Below are positions 49,179-62,264 of a stretch of 64,000 bases of DNA, piece by piece; the first letter of the stretch is position 1, and every line of letters starts with the position of its first letter. The stretch comes from Lytechinus pictus (lineage: Eukaryota). The position numbers and the translations under genes were made by a program. The notes beneath the pieces are model-generated. The model was not told the origin of the DNA, did not search any database, and worked only from the letters and a program-made list of their open reading frames with translations. Location: positions 13,330,001 to 13,394,000 of the forward strand of contig NC_087263.1 of the NCBI RefSeq assembly GCF_037042905.1, written 5' to 3'.

Positions 49179-49385
49179 CACTGTAAAAACGCCGGTGTTA
49201 ATTTAGCACCAGCCTGGTATCTATATTGATCCACACCAGAGAGGTGTTTAACACTAATTGGTGATGCTTAGATGCCAAATTGGTGTTAGCCTAACGCCAA
49301 AACGGTGTTGTTTCAACACCTCTCTGGTGTGGACCGATATAGATAACAGGCTAGTGTTAAATTAACACCGGCGTTTTTTGCAGTG
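49179..49385. mobile_element. CACT..AGTG MITE with TA duplication
   Basis: TA|CACTGTAAAAACGCCGGTGTTAA .. TTAACACCGGCGTTTTTTGCAGTG|TA. Confidence 0.88.
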
Positions 49386-49433
49386 TATATGCGTAGATGG
49401 GTATAGAGAAATACATGCATATCAATAGAAATA

Positions 49434-49632
49434 TACATTCTTAATAATGTTTGGCAACATACTGTCCACACAACTATTGGTTAAATCTATATCCAATTCT
49501 GGGTAGTTTAAACCAATAATGTGTGCTTTGGGTGAAAACTACACCGTATTGGTTAAAAAAGATCCAGAGTTGGATAATTTATTTTAACCAATTGTTATGT
49601 GGGAAGTATGTTGTCCAACATTTTAAAACTGT
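49434..49632. mobile_element. Palindromic MITE related to the 2364/32264 type
   Basis: AATGTTTGGCAACATACT..TTGGTTAAA versus TTTAACCAA..AGTATGTTGTCCAACATT. Confidence 0.7.
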
Positions 49633-51424
49633 AAGTCTATCAAAAATAATACATAGAAAAGTTATATAAAGAGAGATATAATATATAACGAAAGAGGGAG
49701 AGAGACGGAGGTGGGGGGACGATTTTTTATATTAGATAGATTGCAATTATTTGAAGAAAATGATAGAGTAGAAAAAACTCAAAAATAGAGGGGAAAACGA
49801 CATATTGAAATGGATTTCATATTCAAGAAGTTGCCATTTCAAGCTCTAAGCTGTAAAACTTTCATCCTATTGTAGACCGTAAAGCGCTTTATAGCGCTAT
49901 TTTCAGACCTGCAGAGGGACGATAGAATGGAAGCAAAAGTGCATAGCACTTCTATTCAACACCACCTTACACTGTAAAATGCACGCCACGAAAACAAGAC
50001 AGCTCTCACATTTTGCTCAGCAAAGTTGTTTTGACTGTTGTTGCGTGCAGCTTTTCTTTCTCTTACTCTCCTCGTTTGAAGTATCTTGACAGCTTATGCA
50101 TTTGTAGGCGGAGCTCTGTCTGTCTCACTCTCTCTTCTTCTCTCTCTATCCTCTCTCCCTCTCTTTCCCACCATTAACATCTCTCTTCACATTTATATAT
50201 CTCTCTCTCCCCACCTGTTTCTCTTTCTAGCAATATACATGTACTACTCTTTTTATCTCTCTATTGACATGATCGATCTAAATGTTTCTTAACTTTTATC
50301 ATAAAGATCATTGTTTTGATTTTATAACTGGCAATTTTCTTATCATCTCCTTTCATTTATTACGTGCCCCCTCTCTCCCTCCCCACCCCCTTCTCAATCT
50401 CTATCCCCTACTCTGTCTCACCATGTGTATCATTGCCATCATTTTATACCCCGTGGGGGGGCACACCCAGGCCGTACCCCCCTTTTCAGACTCATAGTCA
50501 ATATTTTTTTATGTAAATAATTATGCCTTCATATGCAAGTATGCCCCCTTTTGAAGGTCCCAATAAATATTTTGAATGGGAATGTGTTGCTTATAAAAAA
50601 GTGAGGACCTTTATTGCGTGTCAAATTTTACGTGGACAAAATGACCAATATTTTCTTTGTGAAAACTGTTTTTTGGGGCTTGTCAAATTTTCGTGGGAAA
50701 ATGTGCCCCCTTTGGAAATCCTGGGTCCGCCCCTGTCTCTACCAGTGTTCTCTTAATTATTTTCTATATATAGAACTGTTAGACTCTTTAACCCAATTGA
50801 AACTCTTTTTTCGCTCCCTTAATATGTCAGTTCTTACATTCTCTTTCTGTCATTGTCTATCTCTTTTCCTCTCCCCATACCTCATTTATGTCGCATTATC
50901 ACATCTGAAATGACATCCCTCAATTTTTTTCTGTCAAAACCATTTTCTTTGTCTTTCTCTCTTTCACCTTTAATCCCTCTTTCTCTTTTTCTCTCTTTGA
51001 ATCCCCGCTGTCAATCTCTGTTTATTTCTCTTTCCGCATTCATTCCACTTTATCGTCACGACGTCAAATTTCAAATGACATTCCTTATTTTTCTCTCCCC
51101 TTCTCTCCCTCTCAAGCTTTCTTTCTCACCCCCTCTCCCCCTCTCTCTCTCCCTCTCCTCCCCTCTCTCCCATTCTCTCTCCCTCTGTCCCTTCTTGTCT
51201 ACGGGACCCTCATCACAAGGCACCGAGACGTTGATTTGAATTCCTTATCGCGTCTCCCCTTACCACTTTTCACACTTCTTAACAGAGTCCTAAAACACAG
51301 ACACCAATGTCTGCATAATTTCATCACCCTACTTTTTCTTCCTCGCTCATGTTTTAAACCCAACGGGTCAGCCACACCAAACAAAACTATTTTATTCCCT
51401 ACCGATACCCTGCGGGGGTAATGA

Positions 51425-51931
51425 GCAAAAAAAAAAAGAGAAAAATGAGAGAAAGAGAAAGGTGAAATATGATATTGTTTTTCTAACACTATGTCAAAAT
51501 CTATCACAAAATTTGATTTTTAGATAAAAATGTCAAAAATTTTGCTCGATCGCTTCGCTCGCACGTAACTGTTTTTTTTTGCCTTATACGCCGTATATTT
51601 TAGGGCTTGTTTCATAAAGGACTTGCAACTGTTGTAACTTTGCCTTTATGGCAACTACCATGGAAACCTTAATTCTCAGTGGCTGCTGAGCCCTGTTACC
51701 ATGGTAGTTGCCTTTATGGCAAAGTCACAACAGTTGCAAGTTCTTTATGAAGCGGGCCCTAATATGGCGTATCAGGCCAAAAAAAAATTACGAGCGAGCG
51801 AAGCGATCGAGCAAAATTTCGACATTTTTATCTAAAAATTAAATTTTGTGATAGATTTCGACATAGTGTTAGAAAAACAATATTATATTTCACCTGTCTC
51901 TTTCTCTCCTTTTTCTCTCTTTTTTTTTCTT
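51425..51931. repeat. ~500-bp compound palindrome (inverted arms around a palindromic MITE at 51603-51759)
   Basis: Arms 51425-51600 and 51760-51931 are reverse complements; the ORF track gives near-identical MIDFDIVLEKQY peptides on opposite strands. The central MITE reads GGGCTTGTTTCATAAAGGACTTGCAAC..GTTGCAAGTTCTTTATGAAGCGGGCCC. Confidence 0.9.
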
Positions 51932-54900
51932 GGTCGTACATCTGTACACCACTGCCGATACTATTTTTATTCCAAACTATGTACTCCCTTTGATGATATT
52001 CTGGATCTCGCATTCTCTCGCTACCTTCAAGTGAAAAACAACAACAACAATATGTTTTGATTAATTTCTAGATCATAAAATGTTCTTAACATGCTACACT
52101 GGTAAAACGCTAATTAAAAATCTAAGCACGTGGTATAAGCTCGTCACTTTAACAACTACTTTTTAAACTTCTAAACAAGTAGTTCAAAATTTTTCAATTT
52201 TTTTACAAGTTGTTTAAAAAGTCGGAAAATTGTTAATAAGTTAAAAGAAATTGCTGTTGATGAGATGGGCTCAAACAACGTGCTTAAAACTTTAAACAAC
52301 TGTTTTTAAAGTGTAGAATTTGTCATATTTCTGCCTGAAATCCCCCATCTTTCATATAAAAATGAACTAGCCTCAATAACCTTCTCGCTTTATCTATAAT
52401 CATAATAGCTCATCCAATTTATTCGAATAATGTTATTTGTTCTTTTCGTTGTATTTCATGCAATCTAATGTGTAATTAAGTTTCATTTATGTATATCTTC
52501 TCTTTTATTTTGAGCTTATTAAATGGTTGTATATGGTTGAATATTATTCAAGTACAACATTGTATTAAAAGTTGTATCCTTTATGAGCCGAAATGGATTT
52601 GAAACTGAAACTCACGATGTGACTGAGGTGCATGCGTCTGCGCAGGGCCCCTTCAAGATGCGCCGTGGCGTCGGGAGGGCTAAGCTGCATGCGCTCACCA
52701 TGAAATCATAGCCTCAACTTTTCAATCCACTTTATCGTTTTACTTCCGTTTCTTCTCCCTTTCTCCTAATCCCTTGAACGTCTATCTTCTCCTCGATTAC
52801 CATATTCTCCATCATGTGCAATCCGCCTTATTATCATCTCTTTGTGGGAGCAGGAGGAGGGGAGTCATTTGTTCTTAAAAAATTATCTCTGTTTTTTCTT
52901 TCTTTTATCTTACAGAGCATGCAGATACGATTTCAACAATCATAATAAAAATATCAAACAATGTTTCTTCAACGATTGGGTCCGTGAATTTGATGATCAT
53001 CGACGCCAGATTTCTGGCGGAATCGTTTTGTCCACCCCTCCTTATCGACATGTATTTAATCACCATTACTATTTTCCATTTCTGAAATCTTGAACTTGTA
53101 TACTTCCATTCCCCCCCCCCCTAATATATTCTCTTATTATCGATGGTAATAAACTAGATTCATTCATATTTGTGGGAACTTGCTAAAAAGAATTTGGTCA
53201 AATTCAATAAGCTTCATTGTGATCATTTACATCCAATAATCTTTGGCTTCATTACTATAAAAATACTTAAAAAATGAATGTATCCCAAGTGTACCTGTTT
53301 TTATTAAATACTTACGACTATATATTGTCCCCGTTCTATTGTCAGATAACAGTAAAAACCAACGGCACAATGAGCAGAAAATGAGACGATGGAACATAAT
53401 CGTATCGGCCAAAATCCTCTAAAATTACCTTCTTAAAAATATGAAAAAGAAAATATAATACATTTGATATATTTTCACATTATATTCATACAATGATATC
53501 TTACCTCACCCTTTTATTTTCGTATTATTTCCCTTTTCTCCTTATATATGAGGAAGGTTGGGTGGGAGTTGGCTTCATCATGAAATGGATCAAAATTTGT
53601 ATTTTGTATAATAATAACGTCGCGCCTCGGAATAGAATATTTCTAGATAGATGGCACTATGTAAATGCCTATTGTTATTATTATTTCTCCAATTCATATT
53701 GTATCAATCACTTGTTAATCCTTTTTATTTTGGTTGTGAATTGTTCTTTATGACCGTTATATTCACGTAGTAGACTAATATACTTTTGGCATGTCGTTTA
53801 TGTCGTAATTACTCACAAAAGTTTTGCAGACGACACGATGAGATCGATAGCATTCCGATAGTGTTGTAACGAATACCTCCTTCATGCATGACTCCTCAAT
53901 CAAGGGTGAAAATAAAGCAACAACAACAAAAATCTTATGTTTCAAATACCTCTTGATCTATTTTTCTCACGCCTTTTTCTTCTCTACCTCCTCTGCCGCC
54001 CTTCTTCGCCTATCTCCCATATGCCTTTCTTTGTAAGATCTAACCCCTTATCTAGCTAGTTTCATCTGCCCTCTTTGCTGTTTCCATGTTCTTGCTCTCT
54101 CTCTCTTTCTCTCTCCCGAATACTACAGTCACACCAATGAAACTGACTCCAAACCAACCGATGATATGTCATTGGAAATAACGTAATAACTTCGATCGGA
54201 ATGGAGTCTGCTTTCATGGTGTGACTGCAACTGCTTTCTGCTCTACCTACATTTCAAGAGCTCTTTGCATCTATCTCACCTTCATCATTTTCTTACTTAT
54301 TCCTGTTTTGTGTTTTGAATTCTCCCGCAAGGTGCCCCGCAGACTGGCGCCGCAAAGTCGGCCCGTGGCGTCAGAAAGTCGCCAAAACTACATCGCAGTG
54401 TCTCGTCTTATTTCATTACCGATCCGTGAGGGAATTTGTATGAATTAATCGACACGCCTTCTTTGGCCACCCTCGGGGGCGGCGCCAATGGGGTAGGGGT
54501 AGGGGCAGGGGTGCAATTGGCCCCTGTGATTTTCGAAGTAGTGAAAAATAAGGTTAAGGAGAAAAAAGAGAAAAGGGGTAAACAATGTAAAGGTGGAAAA
54601 GAAGGCGATCAAAAAGGAGGATTGGGACTCTTAACGCATTAATACGTGTATACCTTTTATATGCATCAGCAAAAATGACGTAATACTAAGATTGCCTTGT
54701 CCCCCCATCTATCAACTTGCCCCGGTGCAGTCCTTGCTACACCCACGTACTTAAATAGGAGGGAAAGTGTTAATCCAGCACGTATCTGATAAGGAATTTC
54801 TTTTTTAATTAACCTGTTCAATCTCATAAAAAATGTAAAACTATGTTTCAGTTTAAATCAGATTTTTTTTAGCATATCATAATTTTGCAGCAAAAAAAAG

Positions 54901-54999
54901 TAGTAAGGAAAGGGAGTCAGTGTGTGTGTGTGTGATAGAGGGGGGGGGGGGGGGGGGTGGAGAGAGAGAAAAAATATTAACCATACAGCTATATGTTTT

Positions 55000-55874
55000 T
55001 TTTTCTAGTGAGAATGTTTTCTACAGAAATATATCGTAGCTACTTCTAATACAATCTTATTAAGATATAAACCTACTTACTGCGTTAAAAACAAGGGGTG
55101 GGGAGAGAAGGGAGTAGATTAGATGCGATTTCCCTTTTTGTGAGAATGTTTTCTACATAAATATCGAAGCTAGTATCAGCTGATACTATCTTCATTAGAT
55201 ATGGACATACTTACTGTGTTAAATAAAGGGAGAGAAAGAGAGCAAGAGAGAGAGAGAGATTGATGTGAAATGGACGCGATCTTAAAACAATTATTTTTTT
55301 GTTTTTTTCTTGTGAAAATGTTTTCTTTAGATGTATATCCGAGCTTCTACTGATACTATCTTCATTATATATGAACCTACTTACTGTGTTAAAATAAGGG
55401 ATAGCAAGAAACAGAGAGAAAAAGAAAAAGGGGTGAATTAGAAATGATTTTATAACTTTTTCTAAATTTTCTTGTGAAAATGTTTTCTACAGAATTATAT
55501 CGAAGCCACTATCTTCATTAGATATGGACATACTTACTGTGTTAAATAAAGGGAGAGAAAGAGAGAAAGATAAAGGGGTGAATTAAACACGATTGTATAA
55601 CATTTTTTATTTTCTTGTGAGAATGCTTTCTTCAGATAAATATCTAAGCCAATACTGATGTTATCTTTATTAGATATGGACATACTGTGTTGAATAAAGG
55701 GAAGAAAGAGACCGAGAGAGAGAGAAAGATAAAGGGGTGAATTAAACACGATTGTATAACATTTTTTATTTTCTTGTGAGAATGCTTTCTTCAGAAATAT
55801 ATCTAAGCCAGTACTGACTTTATCTTCATTAGATATGGACATACTGTGTTAAGTAAAGTGAGAGAAAGAGAGCA

Positions 55875-55908
<34 letters not shown>

Positions 55909-56645
55909 TGACACGATTTTAGAACAATGCTTTTTTCTTGTGAGAATATTTCCTTTAGATATGATTATATCCAAACTTCTACTAATGCTATCTTCATTAG
56001 ATATGGACACACTTACTGTGTTAAAAAGGGTAGAAAGAGACAGAGAGAGACAGATAAAGGGATGAATTGGACAAGAATTTAGAACATTTGTGTTTTCTTG
56101 TGAGAATGCTTTCTTCAGAAATGCATCTAAGCCACTACTAATGTTATCTTCATTAGACATGGACATACTTACTGTGTTAAATAAAAGCCGATAAGGGAGC
56201 AAGGGAGAAAGAGAGGGAGAGAGAGAGAGAGAGATAGGTGTGAAATGGAAACGATCTTAAAACAATAATTTTTTTTTCTTGTGAGAATGTTTTCTTTTTA
56301 TATAATTACATCCAAACTTCTACTAATGCTATCTCCATTAGATATGGACACACTTACTGTGTTAAAAAGGGTAGAAAGAGACAGAGAGAAAAAGATAGAG
56401 GGATGAATTGGATACGAATTTAGAAGATTTTGTGTTTTCTTGTGAGAAAGTTTTCTTCAGAAATATATCGAAGTTACTACTGATACTATCTTTATTAGAT
56501 ATGGACATACTGTGTTAAATAAAGTGAGAGAAAGAGAGTGAGGGAGAGGGGGGGGGGGGGTAAGGGAGAGAAAAAATGTTTATTTTTTTCTTGTGAGAAT
56601 GTTTTCTTTAGATATAATTATATCCAAGCTTCTACTGATATTACA
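55000..56645. repeat. Degenerate tandem array, ~10.5 units of ~135-185 bp with variable (GA)n segments
   Basis: Core TTAGATATGGACATAC(TTAC)TGTGTTAAA or variants at ~55060, 55196, 55365, 55518, 55670, 55829, 55997, 56153, 56338 and 56495. TTCTTGTGAGAATG or a variant occurs in each unit. Confidence 0.92.
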
Positions 56646-59600
56646 TGTATGTCGCTGGGATAGAGAGAAAGGGTGAGATAAATAGAGAAACAGGGAGAAA
56701 GAGGATAACATATCCATGTAAAGAGGGATGAAAAAGGTAGAAAAGGGGTGTGAATGAAGGAGAGAGAGAGCTGAAAGGAGACGAGAGGGAGAGAGATAGA
56801 GAGCGAGAATGTTTTGTTGCAGAAAATGTAATGTAATTTTAAAAAAATCCGCAAGTAAAAAATATGCACTTTTAATAGTAATTGAAAACCAATTTGGGTA
56901 TGTTTTTTTAGGCAAGGGAGTAATTGAATTCAGACCAAAAAATCCTCGTATTTCAAAACCATCTCATCCTTATATCTTTCTGAAATCACTAACGTATTCT
57001 ATTCACATTTTGTGTATGCTAATTAAAATGGTGGCGATTTGCGGCATTATTGTTTGAATGTTTTAAAAACACACAAGTCATTCACAAAGGGACCCCTCCA
57101 ATTCACATTTCAACTGACTTTGACGCATAGGTGCGATAACTGCATGTAGGAATAGATAATTGGAATGGATCTTCTGTTTCAGTTGCACGGATAGTTTATT
57201 TAGCAGGTGTAGTTTCGGGCGAAATTGACTTTTATTAGACGGATTGAGGGGGAATCGACGCTTCGGGACGGACTCGGCCATCAACGTTGACATCCGGGGG
57301 ACTGTAACGTCAGAACACAGATGATACCGAACGTGTGGTCATGGGGGAGGGGATGAGCGGGGGGTGGGGGCGTGCATCATATGGAACAAAATACACTCAA
57401 AGTGCGCGTGAATTGGCCGATACGTTCACAGGCAACAAAATCGTCCTTTATAAAGAAGTGTAATTTAGTTAAATTTTTGTCCCTGGCGTTGCAATGTTCG
57501 ATATTTCTTCTCTTGTATTGTCAATACCGAAATTTGTTGTTCTTGGTAATTTTCTTTGCCGAATAAATGATAACAACATCTACAACAAGAACAACAGCAA
57601 CAACAATAATAATAGAGAAAAAGATAGATAGATAGAGAGAGAGAGAGAGTGAGAGAAGAAGGAGAAGTGTGATATAAAAACCGAAAGTAAAAGCACGGGG
57701 ATTTAAGAGCGGAGAAAATAGATGCCCCCAAAACGAAAATCGGTTCAACTGATTGGAATGATTCGAAGCAAAGTGGCCAAACAAAGCATCTGCGCCACCG
57801 CAATATGCAATTCATCATCAAATCTCTAGGGGGCAACCGATGGAGTTGACATGGCTGGTGGAAGGGGAACAGAGGGGTGCAGCTTATTACCTCTTCCGAC
57901 AATGTCCTAATCTTAAACATAGTGGCGTTCCAATTTTCTTTTATCGCCCTTTTATCATTCCATTTATTTACTGTGTCTATTGAAGGATAATCTGATAATT
58001 CAAAGAATAATGTATTAATAGTCCAATGTATTTTTTTATCACTTTGTCATAATCCAACTTTTTTTTTTTTTAATTCAGAGAGTCTTTCTTTGGATTTTCG
58101 TTAGGATGGAACACATCCATTAAACTCACTATGCCTAGACAAAAGGCGTGGGGCAATTGATTTATATATAAAAAAATAATTACATCGATTTCTGTTTGAA
58201 ATGCTTGATTTGTGAAAAATGTTCCTTTTTCTATAAATAGCACTCCGAAATTTATTTCAAGAATTAAGCCTGATATCAAGTATCGAATCCCCACACAATA
58301 TACTGATAGCGCTATTATTTCACTAAGATACGTAAGCCTGTTTTCATTCCTTTCTACTTGATTAGGACAATCATCTGCCGTCATTTTATTTGTGTTTACC
58401 TTCATACGATTTTTTACAACTATTTGTATTGTCAGTTAATGATGTTGAAATAGAGAGGAGGGGGTGGGGCAAAGAGCAAATTTAAAAATGGGGGGGGGGG
58501 GGGGGGGGTCGCAAATGCCAATGTTTAATATTTAGCTATCTCAAATTTTGTCCCATTGGTGAATCGCAATATCGAAATGAGTTTAGCCAACGACCTCGAA
58601 ATTTCAGCAACCAGTAAAGACACTTGAACACAGAATTCCCTTCCCCTCAGATCATTCCAAACCAGAAACAGTCCACCTCTCTACCTTTAAAGCTTTCATT
58701 GTCAGAAAATAATATCAATTTTCCCTGCACTCGACACCCGTCTTCTGCGCGCTCCGTTTCCAATCTTAGCGCAGCCCCTTTTATCTCTCAAGTGGTTATT
58801 TTCCAAAAGAACATCACGAGGAAACGAGCGCGCCATCGCACCCCATCAAGGCCTTTATGCCCTCTTCCTTCCATCTCTTCCGCGCCTCATTTTACATCCC
58901 AAGATATCATATCTACCCGATGACTCATGCTCTAACTGTAGCATGGAAATATTTTTGTCTCTCTGTCTATTTATTAGCATTTATATCTATCTGCATCTAT
59001 ATCTCCCCTCGGAGCTCCCCACATTGGTTTCGGAAGAATGCGGGAAGGGGGAGGGGGGGGGGGGTTCCATAAGGACATTTTTCTTTAAGTGATTTTATCT
59101 CACGGTCGATTGAAGAGGGCTTGGACCCGTCAATCCGGCAAAACCGACTCGAGACTGATCAAAATTATTACGTTATTACCAATGACATACCATCGGTCGG
59201 TTCGGAGCCGGTTGTGTTGGTGTGACCGAGCATCATGCTGCAGTCACACTACGGAAACCGACTCCAAACCGATCAAAGCTACATGTATTACGCTATTACC
59301 AATGACATACCATCGGTCGGTTTGGAGTCGGTTTTGCTGGTATGAGTGCTGTAGTATTGGATTCTACACCAAAATGAGACGAAGTTTTATTTTGAACTGA
59401 AATCAACGAAACATTAAAAACAACCCCCCCAAAAAACCCCGACTCTCACAAACCATTTAGTAACATATGTATACCGTACATGATTGAACATGATTAATAA
59501 AAAGGTTCCCCATTTATTGTCAGAGCGAAGGAAATGTGTTGCTGAACCCAAATTGCTGATATTTTGAGTGAAATGGGAAAGTTCCGTAATTTTTTGCGTT

Positions 59601-59689
59601 TTTTATTCAAGAAAAGGATTTCATGTTGTATAATGATCGGTAGTTATTACCTATGGGTACATAGTCATAATATCATACTCTTTTTAAAG

Positions 59690-60117
59690 AAACTTTTTAT
59701 TGTTTGGTTCTGACTTCCTAACCTTATGCTATACAAATGGACAGAGAGCCCTTTCCCTATCTGCCTCTGTACTCTGGAATTCCCTACCGTTAATATTAGA
59801 ACTGCACCATCCTTCTCCATATTTAAATCTATTCTTAACACTTAACACTTATTTTCAAAATAAATTTTTATAATGTTCAATATAGTATACATTTTTGTTA
59901 TATTGTACATTTTCATTAATCATGCACATTTTATGTACTGATTTAATTTGTTCTAGTTTGTATGAAATATTTTAGGTTTAAGGCTTAGGTTCAATGGATA
60001 ATTGAAAATAAGATATAATGTATAATTTAGTAATTTGATATATTTTGTAAAGCGCATAGAGAGTCTTTGGACTATTATGCGCTATATAAATTTCACATGT
60101 TATTAGTATTACTATTT
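59690..60117 (+). mobile_element. L2-like LINE 3' fragment
   Basis: GQRALSLSASVLWNSLP remnant, terminal AAGCGCATAG..TATGCGCT stem and (ATT)n-like tail. Confidence 0.75.
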
Positions 60118-60227
60118 TGCTATGCATAATCCAGTTTGAAACTTCTGGTGAGCTGGGATTGTGTACAATCATCATTATAATGCCAGTATGACGACCAATA
60201 GTACTTATAACACTAAAACTATACCAA

Positions 60228-60500
60228 GGCCCCGTCTTACAAAGAGTTGCGATTGATCCGATCAATCGCAACTATGGAAAGCCAGCAAAGTCAACATGTA
60301 AAAATGCATGTTTGTTCAAAAGATTTTGTAGATATGAATATCCATGAATCCATTGATTTCTTGACAATTTGGTTTGTTCTCCTTTGTTTGATAACAAAGG
60401 ACATTTTGCAAATTTCCTGTAGAAAATATTATGTCACTGATGGATTTCCATAGAGTTACGGTTGATTGGATCAATTGCAACTCTTTGTAAGATGGAGCCC
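60228..60500 (-). mobile_element. PIF/Harbinger-like MITE (inverted copy of 5760-6033)
   Basis: GGCCCCGTCTTACAAAGAGTTGCGATTGATCCGATCAATCGCAAC .. CAACTCTTTGTAAGATGGAGCCC. Confidence 0.85.
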
Positions 60501-60969
60501 AAGTTTACATGTACACCTTCTCCACCGTCCATACCATGTGCGAATTTACATGAATGCAGTTCTCTTCTTTTCCCGGAATATTTTGATACCCCGTTGTTTA
60601 TCTAGTCATCTTCACCATGTTCATGGATTAAATTCTGGGAAAGCCCTGGCTCAAATAACTTGAGATAATGATTTATGCCTCGAGTTTACATCCTATCTTG
60701 TCTTAGGTTTCTTAATTTTCTGTATCCAGTGGAGTAATGAGTCCCCCTAAAAATATGAGGCTGGACGTGGCGTTTGGGGCAACATTTATAGATTTAGATT
60801 TATTTATTTTTCCCTTCAACAAAATACAACGAAATGCAACCAAAGTAACATAGTCATCGACATAATTAAAAGAATAAACATGAACTGATGTGAACTAATT
60901 AGACTTTGGCTAATAAGTAAACGAAAGTTGTAAGCGTGCAATTTTAAAACTAAAATCTAATTTTGCGAT

Positions 60970-62030
60970 ATAGTCCAGTCAATATAGGGTTTGACCCACC
61001 ACTAATTGCAACACGAGATATTCCACTGAAATGCTTTCAAGGAAGGTCCCCTAAACAACATACTAAAAGTCCCAAGAAATCCAAGCAGTGGAAAATTATG
61101 AAATTTGCGTATTATGCAAATTAGCCCTAAAAAGTTAGAAAAATAAGGAAAATAGCCCAAAGATTACAAATTGAGTGTCCAAAACAATTCAATTTGAGAG
61201 AAAATTCATGATAAATAACTGTAATCAATGTTTTTTGTCAATAGTGCAAAAAAATCTACCTCATTTGCATAATATGCAAATAAGCATCCTTATATGGAAA
61301 AATGTCAAGGTATTGTGATTTTTCTCTCATTATCTGCTTGAAAATTTCATTAGTGTTGGAATTTACATGCTGCTATCACTAAGGATGTTGAATACATTTG
61401 TATTCAGCTTAGTGTCTGTAGTGTAATTTGCATATTATGCAAATAAAAGTATCTAACATGTTATAAATATTCAAGAAAACACACTGGTGATACATCCCTC
61501 AAAAATTGCAAGTAGATTATCTATTGAAATTGGAATATGGCAATACCTTACAGGAAGGTTTCCTAAACACCATATTAAAAGTCCTTAGATATACAAGTAT
61601 ATAGGAAAATCACAAAATTAGCATTTTATGCAAATTAGCCATAATAAATTACAAATAAGGAAAATAATCCAAATATTGGAAATCAAGTGCAGAAATCAAT
61701 ACTAATTGAACTGAAGCCCATGATAAGTTTTACAATTTTTTTTTTTTTTAATAAAAAATCATAAATAAATCTACCTCATTTGCATATATATGAGCATCTT
61801 TATATGGAAAAATATCCAGAAATTTTAATTTTTCTCACAAAAACAGTTATGAAAACATTTCAGTATTTCAATATGATGTGATCACTAAGAATGGCAAATA
61901 CATTAACAATCAGCTTAATATCTGAAGTGTAATTTACATATTATGCAAATAAGCATCCGACATGTTATAAATATTCAAGGAAACACATAAGTGATACTTT
62001 TCTCTAAAATTTCATGTAGATTATGTGTAT
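60970..62030. repeat. ~512-bp two-copy duplication rich in ATGCAAAT palindromes; possible subterminal region of a DNA transposon
   Basis: GGAAGGT..CTAAAC..CATA.TAAAAGTCC at 61041 and 61553; eight perfect octamers; starts TAGTCCAGTCAA. Confidence 0.75.
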
Positions 62031-62264
62031 TAACCATGATGACCTTCCCTACACTTCTTGCTTGGTTGATATTGACTTTTGTCACGAGCAGTTACCCCAC
62101 TCATACTGTACAATGATGACTCCATTCTACATGGATCCCACTGCTTGAATGCTTCATTATTTCCATCCAAGTCTTGCTATCTTCTTGACTTTGCGTTTCT
62201 TGCGAGTATAGTCCACGCTAGCAACTCCTGGATTGCCAAGTGATCAGCACAAGATGTCACACCC

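Noticed and set aside
55196-55240. Canonical recursive splice site
   Set aside because: The minus-strand sequence is CAGTAAGT with a shared G, not YAG|GTAAGT. Kept only as a weaker hypothesis in the findings.
55534-56202. Repetitive minus-strand ORFs (MSISNED...) as a repeat-protein gene
   Set aside because: Unit lengths vary with the (GA)n tracts, so frames break between units; these are by-products of the tandem array.
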